Origin: a virus
Taxonomy: Duplodnaviria > Caudoviricetes
Reading direction: 5' to 3' (one strand)
Length of the DNA stretch: 29,964 nucleotides
IMG/VR virus record: IMGVR_UViG_3300010370_000162
Coordinates: 1 to 29,964 of that record
A program made the position numbers and the translations under genes. This document shows, one piece after another, positions 1 to 9,100 of the stretch (positions within the stretch are counted from its first letter, which is position 1; each line of letters opens with the position of its first letter). Under the pieces are notes generated by a model that was not told the DNA's origin, did not search any database, and saw only the letters and a program-made list of their open reading frames with translations.

Positions 1-2
1 GG

Positions 3-719
3 GTAAGTCCAGGTTGACGTCGTCTCTCCGATCCATATGCAGTCGCTCGTGCCGTCGTATCCAAATCTTATCGAGTAGTTGGGACCTGAATCGGTTAAAT
101 TATATGCAAATACGTTGTACCAATTGCCAAGCGCATAATTGTAGCCGCCAATTCTGTACTCTTGCGTGCGACCTGTGACATACTCATAGATCTTAACAGT
201 CAAAATTATCATTGTCGAGGAATTGTTCCTCGAAGACGGAAATCTTATTTTAAGCGCTCCCGTCTGAGACGGAGTCGTTCCAGTTATAGATCCACCACCA
301 GGATTGACAAATCTTCGAGCACTTCCTCCGTCGGCATCATAGAAGCCGGTAGCATTGACTAGATTTAAAACTGAAGTACTTGCTGGGTCAACAAGATAAG
401 ATGTATTCTGAAGATCTACAAGTGCAGATGCACGCACCTGCCCGTTGACGTCGAGCTTGTACGAAGGCGTAGTTCCAATTCCAATATTTCCGCTTCCGCT
501 CACAAATAGCAAAGATGAACCGCCTGAATTTTGAACATCTAATACGGCAGCACCAGCTAATTGATCCGATGTACCAGGTCTAAAAATTACAGTCGTTTGA
601 CTCGTGACTGAATTAGATCCTGTCACAAACAGTCTTGCCTGCGGATTAGTTGAACCTATCCCTATAGAACCCGTTGTGTCGATTACGAGAAAGTCGTTAA
701 ATGAAAAGTTTGTTGCCAT
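3..719 (-). CDS. Tail fibre protein 3, N-terminal part (runs off the window start; not in the ORF track)
   Basis: Manual translation from ATG at 719 gives MATNFSFNDFLVIDTTGSIGIGSTNPQARLFVTGS...[24 protein letters not shown]...TGALKIRFP...IGGYNYALGNWYN...CIWIGETTSTWTY, with no stop before the window edge. It carries the same GNVGIG-type repeats as the two upstream fibres and starts 12 nt after the previous stop. Confidence 0.85.
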   Translation of the reverse strand, partial: MATNFSFNDFLVIDTTGSIGIGSTNPQARLFVTGSNSVTSQTTVIFRPGTSDQLAGAAVLDVQNSGGSSLLFVSGSGNIGIGTTPSYKLDVNGQVRASALVDLQNTSYLVDPASTSVLNLVNATGFYDADGGSARRFVNPGGGSITGTTPSQTGALKIRFPSSRNNSSTMIILTVKIYEYVTGRTQEYRIGGYNYALGNWYNVFAYNLTDSGPNYSIRFGYDGTSDCIWIGETTSTWTY

Positions 720-731
720 GTGTTTTTCTCG

Positions 732-3700
732 TTAGAAGATTGTGACCGTGGTGGGAGCTCCTCCCGAGGATATCGCAGAAATATCTATTGTCATTGCTAT
801 GTTGACTGCACCACCTGAATTCTGAGATACGGTACAAGTTGTTACAGTCGCCGACGTCTTAGAAAAAGTAACGGTCAGATCATTTCCTGAATACGGCCCT
901 GTGTCGACTGTCTTGAAAGACACGACGTTTGTTGAGCTCGTTCCGTACTGTGAAGCAACAGAATATTTTCTTGCAACAGAGAAACCGCCTTCACTCACCA
1001 CGAAAGATACGTCAAACATCGATGCTCCGTTATTCTCTGCGACAGTGAAGAACGTGGTATTTGTGGAAGAGTTAATCGTCTTTGTAGCAGTTAGACGGCC
1101 AGACTCGCCAGAAGCGAACGTTGTGACGTAAGTAGCGCCCGTAGAAACTGGTGAGAATACAACGTTTGATATTGATCCGGTCGCGACGTAGATCGTTTTC
1201 CAGCGCTTTCCGGAAGATCCTAGGCTATACGTGTTGTCGACGCCGGGAGTGACCGATCCCGTGATTGCTGTCTCACCGCTGACAGACAATTTATTTCCGT
1301 TGGAAATGTTTGTTCCAATTCCTACGTTTCCTGATCCTGAGACAAAAAATAACGTCGTCCCATCATTATTTTGAATATCAAGAACTGAAGCTACTGGTGA
1401 CGGGAGACCCGATTTTACTGTAAGTCCTGCTGCTGTGGAATCGCTAGATCCCGTAACCATAAGGCGAGCGAGCGGGCTATACCCTGACCCGATAGCAGCA
1501 ACGTTTCCTATTCCAACGTTTCCGTTGCTGTCTAGAGATAGCTTTCTAGTTGATCCGTCCGAGTGTCTGAAGATGTGTGTTGAAGCATCGTAATAGTTGA
1601 GAGAATAACCGACGAACTGAGCGCCTATGATTAGCCCGAATGCTGATGTTCCTGTGTTGCTGCTAGAAACTTGGAATTTTCCTCCTGCAATTGGAAAAGA
1701 AGGAGACGAAGGAGTATTTGTACCAATTCCAACGAATCCGCTTCCGCTGACGAAGAATAGAGAGTTACCTGTGTAACTTTGTGCGGCTAGAACACCAACT
1801 GCAGTACTGGAAGCTGTTATTCCTTCTTTTACAACCATGGTGGGAGTTGTGGAAGTGGAAGATCCTGAGACGAGAAGTCTTGCAGCTGATGTTGAAACGC
1901 TTCCTGCTAGGTCGCTTATTATGACAGACCCCGTGTCAGCAGCTATCTTCATTCTCTCAGTGGTTCCGTTCGCAAAGAACCTAATATGGCCCGTGGTGGT
2001 GCCGCTGTTTCCGTATCCGAGATACAAACCGTCCGTGTTTACAGAAGATTCATTCCTGACGACTCGGGCATTCATATAAATGTCAGAGCCGTTTGATCCC
2101 TGCGTATTGACAACAGCAGTTCCGTTAACTCTGAGAATTTTTGTCGAAGCTAGATTTATGTCGCCGTTGACATCAAGTTTGTATCCGGGCGTGGTGCTAC
2201 CTATTCCCACGTTACCAGAAGAGTTGAAGACAATTACGTCTGTTCTTGCGGGTGAAAAGAGAACGTTTCCATTGTCGCTAGTCTGCGACATGTAGAAGTT
2301 TCCGGAAAGCTGTCCTATGCTGTAGTGAACAGTCCCAGCATCGTGAAACTTTATTCCGACTCCGTTGTTGAAAGTAAGTCCTGTAGTTGCATCGCCTATC
2401 CTGGCAAATGCGGCATTTATGTCGACAGAAGGCGTAGCTGTTGCATCATTTTGCGTGGTATAAACAAATAGCTTAGAAGATGCAGCGGCCGTACCGATTC
2501 CAACGTTACCGGTCGACGTAAAATAATAGTTTCCGTTATTTCCATTTCCTGCTTGCAATTCCAGCGGAACAGTGGTTCCGAGGCTTTGAACGATACCGTT
2601 TCCGTTGCCGCCTTTGATGACAATTCCATAGCCACTATCTATGAGAGCTAGCGTTCTTGTTCCTACAGAGGCTCCACTTCCTATTTGTAGGGTGTACCCA
2701 GGAGATGATGAACCTATTCCTACATTTCCATCGTCTCTCACAAACAGCAACGAGCTGTTGCTGCTGTTTACTAAGTGCATTGTTGATGTGGATGATGTTG
2801 CGCCCGATCCAGTAACAAGAAGTCGGGATGTCGCCAGTGTTCCTGTTCCGATTCCGACGTTACCGTTTCCGCCTATTATCATTGCCTCGTTTGTGGCTGT
2901 ACCTCCAAGCGGGCCAGCGTAAAAGCTAAGTCTCTCAGACGCAGCATTCACGCTATTGACTTGCATCTTGAAACGTGCAGAGTTATCGCTTGCTGTAAAC
3001 TGTATGTGAGGTTGTTCACTTCCATTGTTGCCAATGATAATGCCTGTCGCATTACCTGAAGTTTGCAACCGTGTTTTGACTTGTCCCACTACGTCCATTG
3101 CATACGAAGGCGTAGTGTTTCCTATGCCTACATTGCCACTGCCAGTAACGAACAAGATCGAAGTACCAGCTGAGTTCTGAACGTTTAATATTCCGACGCC
3201 ACTTGTGGGTGAGGAGACACCTTCACGAACTATCATTGTAGGCGTAGAAGCGGTACTCGATCCCGACACGAAGAATCTTGCAGCGTAGCTATTTGTTCCA
3301 ACGCCAACACTTCCTGTCGAATAGATCGTGTTGATAGCAGACTCAAACCAATAGTTTGTAGAAGTCGCGCCGCCGCCGCCAGCAAGATTCGTAGACGCCG
3401 CGGCCCCGAGAGACGTAATGTCAAAGTAGCCGCCGCGGTTTGTTCCGCCCGTCTCAAATATTCTTATCTTGTTTTGATACATGTCGATCGTGACGCCTGT
3501 GTTGATCGACGTGTTTGTCTGCGGCTTGGCAAAGAATATTTCTCCGCCTTCATCTCCGACTGAATAAACAGATCGGAGAGATCCGCTAATTGTCAAGTTA
3601 CCTGTTGAATTATCATAGGTAAAATTATTAGTTCCACTGAGGACTCCGCCCGTTCCGGCAACGACGACCTGACCTGCGAGGACGTTGCTTCCGGTGAGGG

Positions 3701-5699
3701 AACCGGACACAGACGCGGCGTATACATTTCTCCAACGAAGCGCTGTGGATCCCAGGTCTTGTGTGTTGTCACTGCCGGGAGCAACATTTCCACCTGAAGA
3801 GATGGTGAGTCTCGTGTTGCCGCTGCCATCCCTGTAATAGTGCTGGTTGGCATCGTAGTAGTTGTTGGATCCCACGTATCCGACGTAGAGGTTCGCAGCG
3901 TTTGGCACGGATCCATTGACAACGTGGAAAGCGGCCTGCGGAGCCGTAGTACCAATGCCGACTCTCTGTGATCCTGTTACGAAAAGTATCGATGTTCCGG
4001 CAGAGTTTTGAACGTCAAAGACTCCGACTCCCGCCGTTGGAGATACAACACCTTCACGAACGATCATAGTGGGTGTGGAAGAAGTGGAAGATCCGCTTAC
4101 TTGGAATCTTGCAGAGATAGATGTTGTTGATCCAATTCCAACGCTTTCGCTTGAATTTGCTGTCATCACGACAGTCGTGCCGTGAAGAAGAACAAAATTG
4201 TTTCCTGCCGCGGCGTATTTGATGACAGTGTCATTTCCTCCGAAGAGACCACCAGTCGCAGACTGAGTGTTATAGATGGGATAAAAACCAGCTGCCCCTG
4301 CTGAGTAAGTTCCCGCAGCTATGTAAGATTCGAGCCCTGTGCTGTACTTCGTGACGATGGTTCCGCTGACTGTAAGGAGAGCAGCAGGTGTTGCTGTTCC
4401 AATACCAACGTTTCCCGACGTATCGATTCTTACTTTTTCCGAAGCATTAGTTCCAAGAACTAATATTTTGCTTGCATTTCCTTGTACATACAGCGCGCTT
4501 GAATCATTATAGATGCTTCCTACGGCAGTAGAGGACTGGTTATAGTCGGTTCTTCCGCCCGTAGTAGAACTTGCCAGAGTAAGAGTAGTGTATCCTGAAT
4601 TACTATTGGGAATTGTCGTTCCAATACCAACATTTCCCGTAGTTGAAACAGACAAATACCTTCCCAGCGAAGTGTTATTGTATTGTAAAAAGAAAAAGTT
4701 AGAAGCGTTGTTATCAGTTATTAGCTGCCACAGATCTGTTGAATCTATTTTTAGATTGTAGCCCGAAGTTCCATTCGGAGATATTCCAGAAGAACCTGCT
4801 GCTGTAATCTGCGGGAAGCTATTATTTCCAAAAACATAGAGTGGGGAAGAATATGCAGGTGCCGCACCGATTCCAACTTTACCGCTTCCACTAACCATGA
4901 GAATGGAAGTACCAGCTGAGTTCTGTACATTTAGAATATTTGCGCTTCCTATGGGAGATGCCACACCTTCTCGAACAAGGAATGTTGTGTCCGAAGCTGT
5001 AGAGGAGCCCGTTATATAAAAACGAGCAAGAGGTGTAACGGTTCCAACACCTACATAACCGCCACTATTAATAAAGAGTCTTTGCGTCGTCGTAAGAGAA
5101 GTTGGACTCTGGGAAATTACAAATCCATTGTTGACTATGTCATACCCTTCGCTCCAGCCTTGTCCGTCGCTGCTTCTCTGGTATGAGACTCTGGGTGCTG
5201 TGTCTGTTCTTATTGTGATGCCGTCAGAGCTGGAACCCGTCAAATAGAGCAGAGTTGTGAGTCCTGAACTCGTACCTATTCCTACTCTTTTGTTCGTATT
5301 GTCCCACCAAAAGACGTTGGACCCACTGAGCACTCCTCCCGTTCCTGCAACGACGACCTGTCCTGCGAGGACATTGCTTCCTGTCAAGGAACCGCTAATG
5401 CTTGTTGCAAATATGTTTGCCCAACGTTTTGTGCTAGATCCGAGATCATAAAGATCTGTGACACCAGGCAAGAATGATCCTGTAATCGCAGTTGTTCCAC
5501 TGAGAAAAAGAGAGTTTAGCCCGCCACCGGCGACTGGGAAATCTGATATCTTGAATAAAGATCCTGACACACCAGTGAATTGAACAGATCCTTCACTGAG
5601 CACTTCAAGTCTCAACGGGTTGCCCGCAGATCCGCTGAACTGAATGTTAGGATTTCCCGATCCTGTTCTTTGAGGATCTATTAATATGTCGCGCGGCAT
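732..5699 (-). CDS. Long tail fibre protein 2 (1655 aa)
   Basis: G/S/T/N-rich, with many GNVGIGT beta-repeats and PGxDxxYxLGSxxxRW motifs typical of phage fibres. It has a short distinct C-terminal domain, lies downstream of baseplate genes and ends in TAA. Confidence 0.88.
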   Translation of the reverse strand: MPRDILIDPQRTGSGNPNIQFSGSAGNPLRLEVLSEGSVQFTGVSGSLFKISDFPVAGGGLNSLFLSGTTAITGSFLPGVTDLYDLGSSTKRWANIFATSISGSLTGSNVLAGQVVVAGTGGVLSGSNVFWWDNTNKRVGIGTSSGLTTLLYLTGSSSDGITIRTDTAPRVSYQRSSDGQGWSEGYDIVNNGFVISQSPTSLTTTQRLFINSGGYVGVGTVTPLARFYITGSSTASDTTFLVREGVASPIGSANILNVQNSAGTSILMVSGSGKVGIGAAPAYSSPLYVFGNNSFPQITAAGSSGISPNGTSGYNLKIDSTDLWQLITDNNASNFFFLQYNNTSLGRYLSVSTTGNVGIGTTIPNSNSGYTTLTLASSTTGGRTDYNQSSTAVGSIYNDSSALYVQGNASKILVLGTNASEKVRIDTSGNVGIGTATPAALLTVSGTIVTKYSTGLESYIAAGTYSAGAAGFYPIYNTQSATGGLFGGNDTVIKYAAAGNNFVLLHGTTVVMTANSSESVGIGSTTSISARFQVSGSSTSSTPTMIVREGVVSPTAGVGVFDVQNSAGTSILFVTGSQRVGIGTTAPQAAFHVVNGSVPNAANLYVGYVGSNNYYDANQHYYRDGSGNTRLTISSGGNVAPGSDNTQDLGSTALRWRNVYAASVSGSLTGSNVLAGQVVVAGTGGVLSGTNNFTYDNSTGNLTISGSLRSVYSVGDEGGEIFFAKPQTNTSINTGVTIDMYQNKIRIFETGGTNRGGYFDITSLGAAASTNLAGGGGATSTNYWFESAINTIYSTGSVGVGTNSYAARFFVSGSSTASTPTMIVREGVSSPTSGVGILNVQNSAGTSILFVTGSGNVGIGNTTPSYAMDVVGQVKTRLQTSGNATGIIIGNNGSEQPHIQFTASDNSARFKMQVNSVNAASERLSFYAGPLGGTATNEAMIIGGNGNVGIGTGTLATSRLLVTGSGATSSTSTMHLVNSSNSSLLFVRDDGNVGIGSSSPGYTLQIGSGASVGTRTLALIDSGYGIVIKGGNGNGIVQSLGTTVPLELQAGNGNNGNYYFTSTGNVGIGTAAASSKLFVYTTQNDATATPSVDINAAFARIGDATTGLTFNNGVGIKFHDAGTVHYSIGQLSGNFYMSQTSDNGNVLFSPARTDVIVFNSSGNVGIGSTTPGYKLDVNGDINLASTKILRVNGTAVVNTQGSNGSDIYMNARVVRNESSVNTDGLYLGYGNSGTTTGHIRFFANGTTERMKIAADTGSVIISDLAGSVSTSAARLLVSGSSTSTTPTMVVKEGITASSTAVGVLAAQSYTGNSLFFVSGSGFVGIGTNTPSSPSFPIAGGKFQVSSSNTGTSAFGLIIGAQFVGYSLNYYDASTHIFRHSDGSTRKLSLDSNGNVGIGNVAAIGSGYSPLARLMVTGSSDSTAAGLTVKSGLPSPVASVLDIQNNDGTTLFFVSGSGNVGIGTNISNGNKLSVSGETAITGSVTPGVDNTYSLGSSGKRWKTIYVATGSISNVVFSPVSTGATYVTTFASGESGRLTATKTINSSTNTTFFTVAENNGASMFDVSFVVSEGGFSVARKYSVASQYGTSSTNVVSFKTVDTGPYSGNDLTVTFSKTSATVTTCTVSQNSGGAVNIAMTIDISAISSGGAPTTVTIF

Positions 5700-5708
5700 T
5701 TCAGTCTC

Positions 5709-5717
5709 TAATTATCA
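5709..5717 (-). promoter_or_regulatory. Candidate late promoter element TGATAATTA
   Basis: Lies in a 68-nt intergenic gap, 9 nt before the ATG of the 1655-aa gene, and matches the motif at 26477-26485 at 8 of 9 positions. Confidence 0.5.
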
Positions 5718-5767
5718 GACAGAGATCAAGGTTCGACCAAGTTAAACTCTTGGAAGTAAGAAACTTG

Positions 5768-6110
5768 CTAAGCAACATACTCAGCTTCAAATTTGACATC
5801 TTTTCTGTTCGCAGTGACTGTATAGAAGAATTGAGGTTTAATTCCGAATAGCTTCATTAACCATCCTCTTCCAACTTTAATTCGATTATTTTCCACCCTC
5901 TCTATGAACAGAGACTGCCATCTTCCGATAGGCGTGATTTGTACCGTGATAGAAGCTTCGTCGACGAGAGGTTCCCAATATTCTGGCAGCTCTATGGTTT
6001 CTGAATCTCCCGTTCCCCTGACGTACACTCCGTTTTCAGGTCCCTCAAGAGATCCATACCGAAGTTTCCACCCAGGTCTTGTCGGGTGAGCAATCACGAA
6101 GCTCTTGGTC
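5768..6110 (-). other. C-terminal fibre domain KSFxIxHP...LEGPE...LPxYW...RKD (possible chaperone or connector)
   Basis: The composition switches abruptly from G/S/T-rich to charged and aromatic. The motif pattern is recognisable from phage fibre C-termini, but its function cannot be established from sequence. Confidence 0.55.
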
Positions 6111-9100
6111 GTTGCTGCGAATGTTCCGTTAACTTCGAGATTGAATCCAGGCGATGTTGTTCCGATTCCTACGTTTCCTGAACCGTCTATGGTTGTTGCC
6201 GTGGAGAGAGACGAGCCCACCGTTCCATACTTGAAGAAAAACTTTCCTGATGATCTATCAAACTCTAATGTCCTGTAAGCTTCGGTGCTTGCGTTTGATC
6301 CCAGATAAATAGTTGAAACTGCACTTGATACCCCGAAGCCAACTCTGTCCTGCCCGCCCGATCTATGGATTGAAAGATTTTCCGCTGGTGTTCGAGTTCC
6401 GATTCCAACATTGCCACTGCCGCTTACGAACAACAAAGACGCACCAGAAGATTTGCTCACTTCAAGAACGGCAACTCCACCTGTTTGTTCTTGCGGAGCC
6501 TGAGCTATGAAGGTTGCTTGAGAGGCAACACTTCCTGACACGTGAAGTCGGGCCGTATTTATTATGTGTGTTCCGATTCCAACATCGCCGTTTCCATCGA
6601 TTGCCATCCTCTGTGTACCATCGGCGTGATACCAGAGCTGCCTGGTTGCCGCGTATGTGTTTACAGAAAACAATCCCAAGAAATCAATTCCAATTCTTAG
6701 ATTGGCATACCTGTTTCCTGAAAGACTGCTCGATACCTCTAGCAGTGCAACAGGAGAAGAAGTTCCTATTCCGACACTCCTAGTCGTATTGTTCCACCAG
6801 AAGTTGTTGGAACCGCTTAATGCGCCTCCTGTTCCTGCTACAACGACTTGACCTGCTGAAACATTGCTGCCTGTTATCGAACCAGATATCGAAGTTGCAT
6901 AGAGATTTCTCCATCTCTTTGTTGATGATCCAAGATCCTGAGTATCATCTGTACCAGGAAGTGCATGACCTGAGCTATTAAGCGTGAAAAGAGTTGACGG
7001 TGTTGAGAATGTGCCTCCAGCTGCAACTCTACCGACTGAAAAAGCATCTGTTCCCCACTCTAATGAGCCGCCACCGAGAAGAATTCTCCAAGACGGGAAA
7101 GAAGCATTTGACTGTGAGCCAGTGAACGCGTTATTGTCCAGGAAAAGACCGTTGTAGTTGGAGCTCACACCAGACGACGCACCAATTGTCGCACCCGTCG
7201 TCGACGATGTTCTTCCGGGATGGAAGCCGTAACCGGCGTTTGTTTGTGCGACGAGGACTCCTGACGATGCTCGGGCATATCCCGCAACATCAAGAGGCAG
7301 ACTCGGTTGTGTAGTTCCTATACCCACATTTCCCGTGGAGTCCACAACCATTCTAGTAGCTGCAGCTGCATTTTGTGCTGCTGTGAAGAAGGAGATTCCA
7401 CCGTAACTAGATCCTATATTTGATCCCAGGTGGATTCCAACATTCATTGTTGATCCGTTGCCCTTGCTGTACAAACCGAGGCGCTGTGATCCGTAAATGT
7501 ATGTGTCGTTCGCCGTTAGACCGTCAGTTCTAGAATCAGTTCCTGCAACAAGAAGCGTTAAATCTCTTGTACCAAGCTGCTGGCTTAGAGTAAGTCTAGC
7601 ATCTCCGTAAGTAGCTCCGTCCGAAGATGCTATTTCAACAGAAGTCGGGTTGGCTTGATTTCCTTGCGCATAGATCGTAAGTTTGTCAGATGTTGCTGTT
7701 GCAGTTCCAATTCCAACGCTACCTCCAGAAGCTATTACAATTTGATCAGAATTGGACTCTCTGAACCTTATTGCATTTCCTGAAGGTCTGTTTATGTAGA
7801 GCGTTTGATCAGATGCTCTCGACAAGATGTTATAGTCGTTGACAGAAGTACTGCCATTTAGGTTGATTCCAACGTAGTTTGTAAATACTTCACCAATTCT
7901 GATGTTAGTGTTTGCCGTAGATCCAAAAATTGTTAGATTTGCAGTAAGGCTGCTTGTTCCTATTCCTACTCTGCTATTTGAGTTGTCCCACCAGAAGTTG
8001 TTGGAACCGCTGAGGACTCCACCTGTTCCTGCTACTACAACCTGTCCTGAAACGACGTTACTGCCAGTTAATGAACCGCTAATGTTGAAGGCATAGATGC
8101 TGTTCCATCTCTTCGCAGACGACCCAAGATTATATGTGTTGTCAACTCCGGGCAGTATAGAACCTGTGACTCCCACTTCGCTTCCAACAGACGACAGAAC
8201 GCTATCCCCTATTGTCGAAGTTCCTGTCCACTTTGTAAGGAAGTTGGTGGTACCCGTTCCCGTAACTGTTCCCGAAGGCGACGAAGACGCTATCGTAACC
8301 TGACCGTTCGATCCGGTCGTAATTGCGACATTGGAGCCTGCAACTAGGTACGATATGCCGTTCGTGAGCTGGGTAAGAGATCCGCTCAGACCGGCGTTAA
8401 ATTTAGCAGCTCCCGTGAAGGTCGATCCGCTAATCGTGGCAACGATAGAATCGTTTATTGCAAGAGTTACGCTGTTATTTGCACCTCCGTCTGTGAGGAT
8501 CAAGCCTGTTCCGGACGCGAGAGATCTCTCATTCGAAAGATTTGAATCGTTTCCTATTGTGACGAATGCCGAGGTGGACGGAGCAAGATTTGGAGCAGAC
8601 AAAGTCACAGCGCCATTTGCGCCTGTGACAACTGTCATGTTAGATCCGGCAATTAAGTACGATGTTCCATCGCTTAACTTTGTTAAAGATCCGCTGAGAC
8701 CCTGATTGAACTTGACAGCACCTGCAAATGTAGATCCGCTTATTGTCGCTACAACAGAATCATTTATTCCCAGCGTAACGCTACTGTTAGATCCACCATC
8801 AACAAGATTTAATCCCGTTCCTGCAGCTAGAGCCCTCTCATTTGTGAGCGTAGAATCGTTGCCTATTGTAACAAAAGCCGCTGTAGAAGAAGCGAGATTC
8901 GGAGCAGAAACTGTTATCGATCCGTTTGATCCTGTCGCAACTGTTACGTTGTTACCTGCTACAATATATGATGTTCCGTCACTGAGTCTCGTGAGAGATC
9001 CGCTGATAGAAGTAGACACCATATTGGACCATCTTGCAGAAGATGATCCCAGCATATAGGCGTTATCTGATCCTGGAAGTATTGACCCTGTCACAGACAA

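Noticed and set aside
5731-5753. GTTCGA T-loop-like hexamer and CCAAG-N7-CTTGG hairpin in the inter-fibre gap
   Set aside because: The gap is too short for a tRNA and no cloverleaf is evident. The 5-bp stem has no U-tract, so it is not a convincing terminator.
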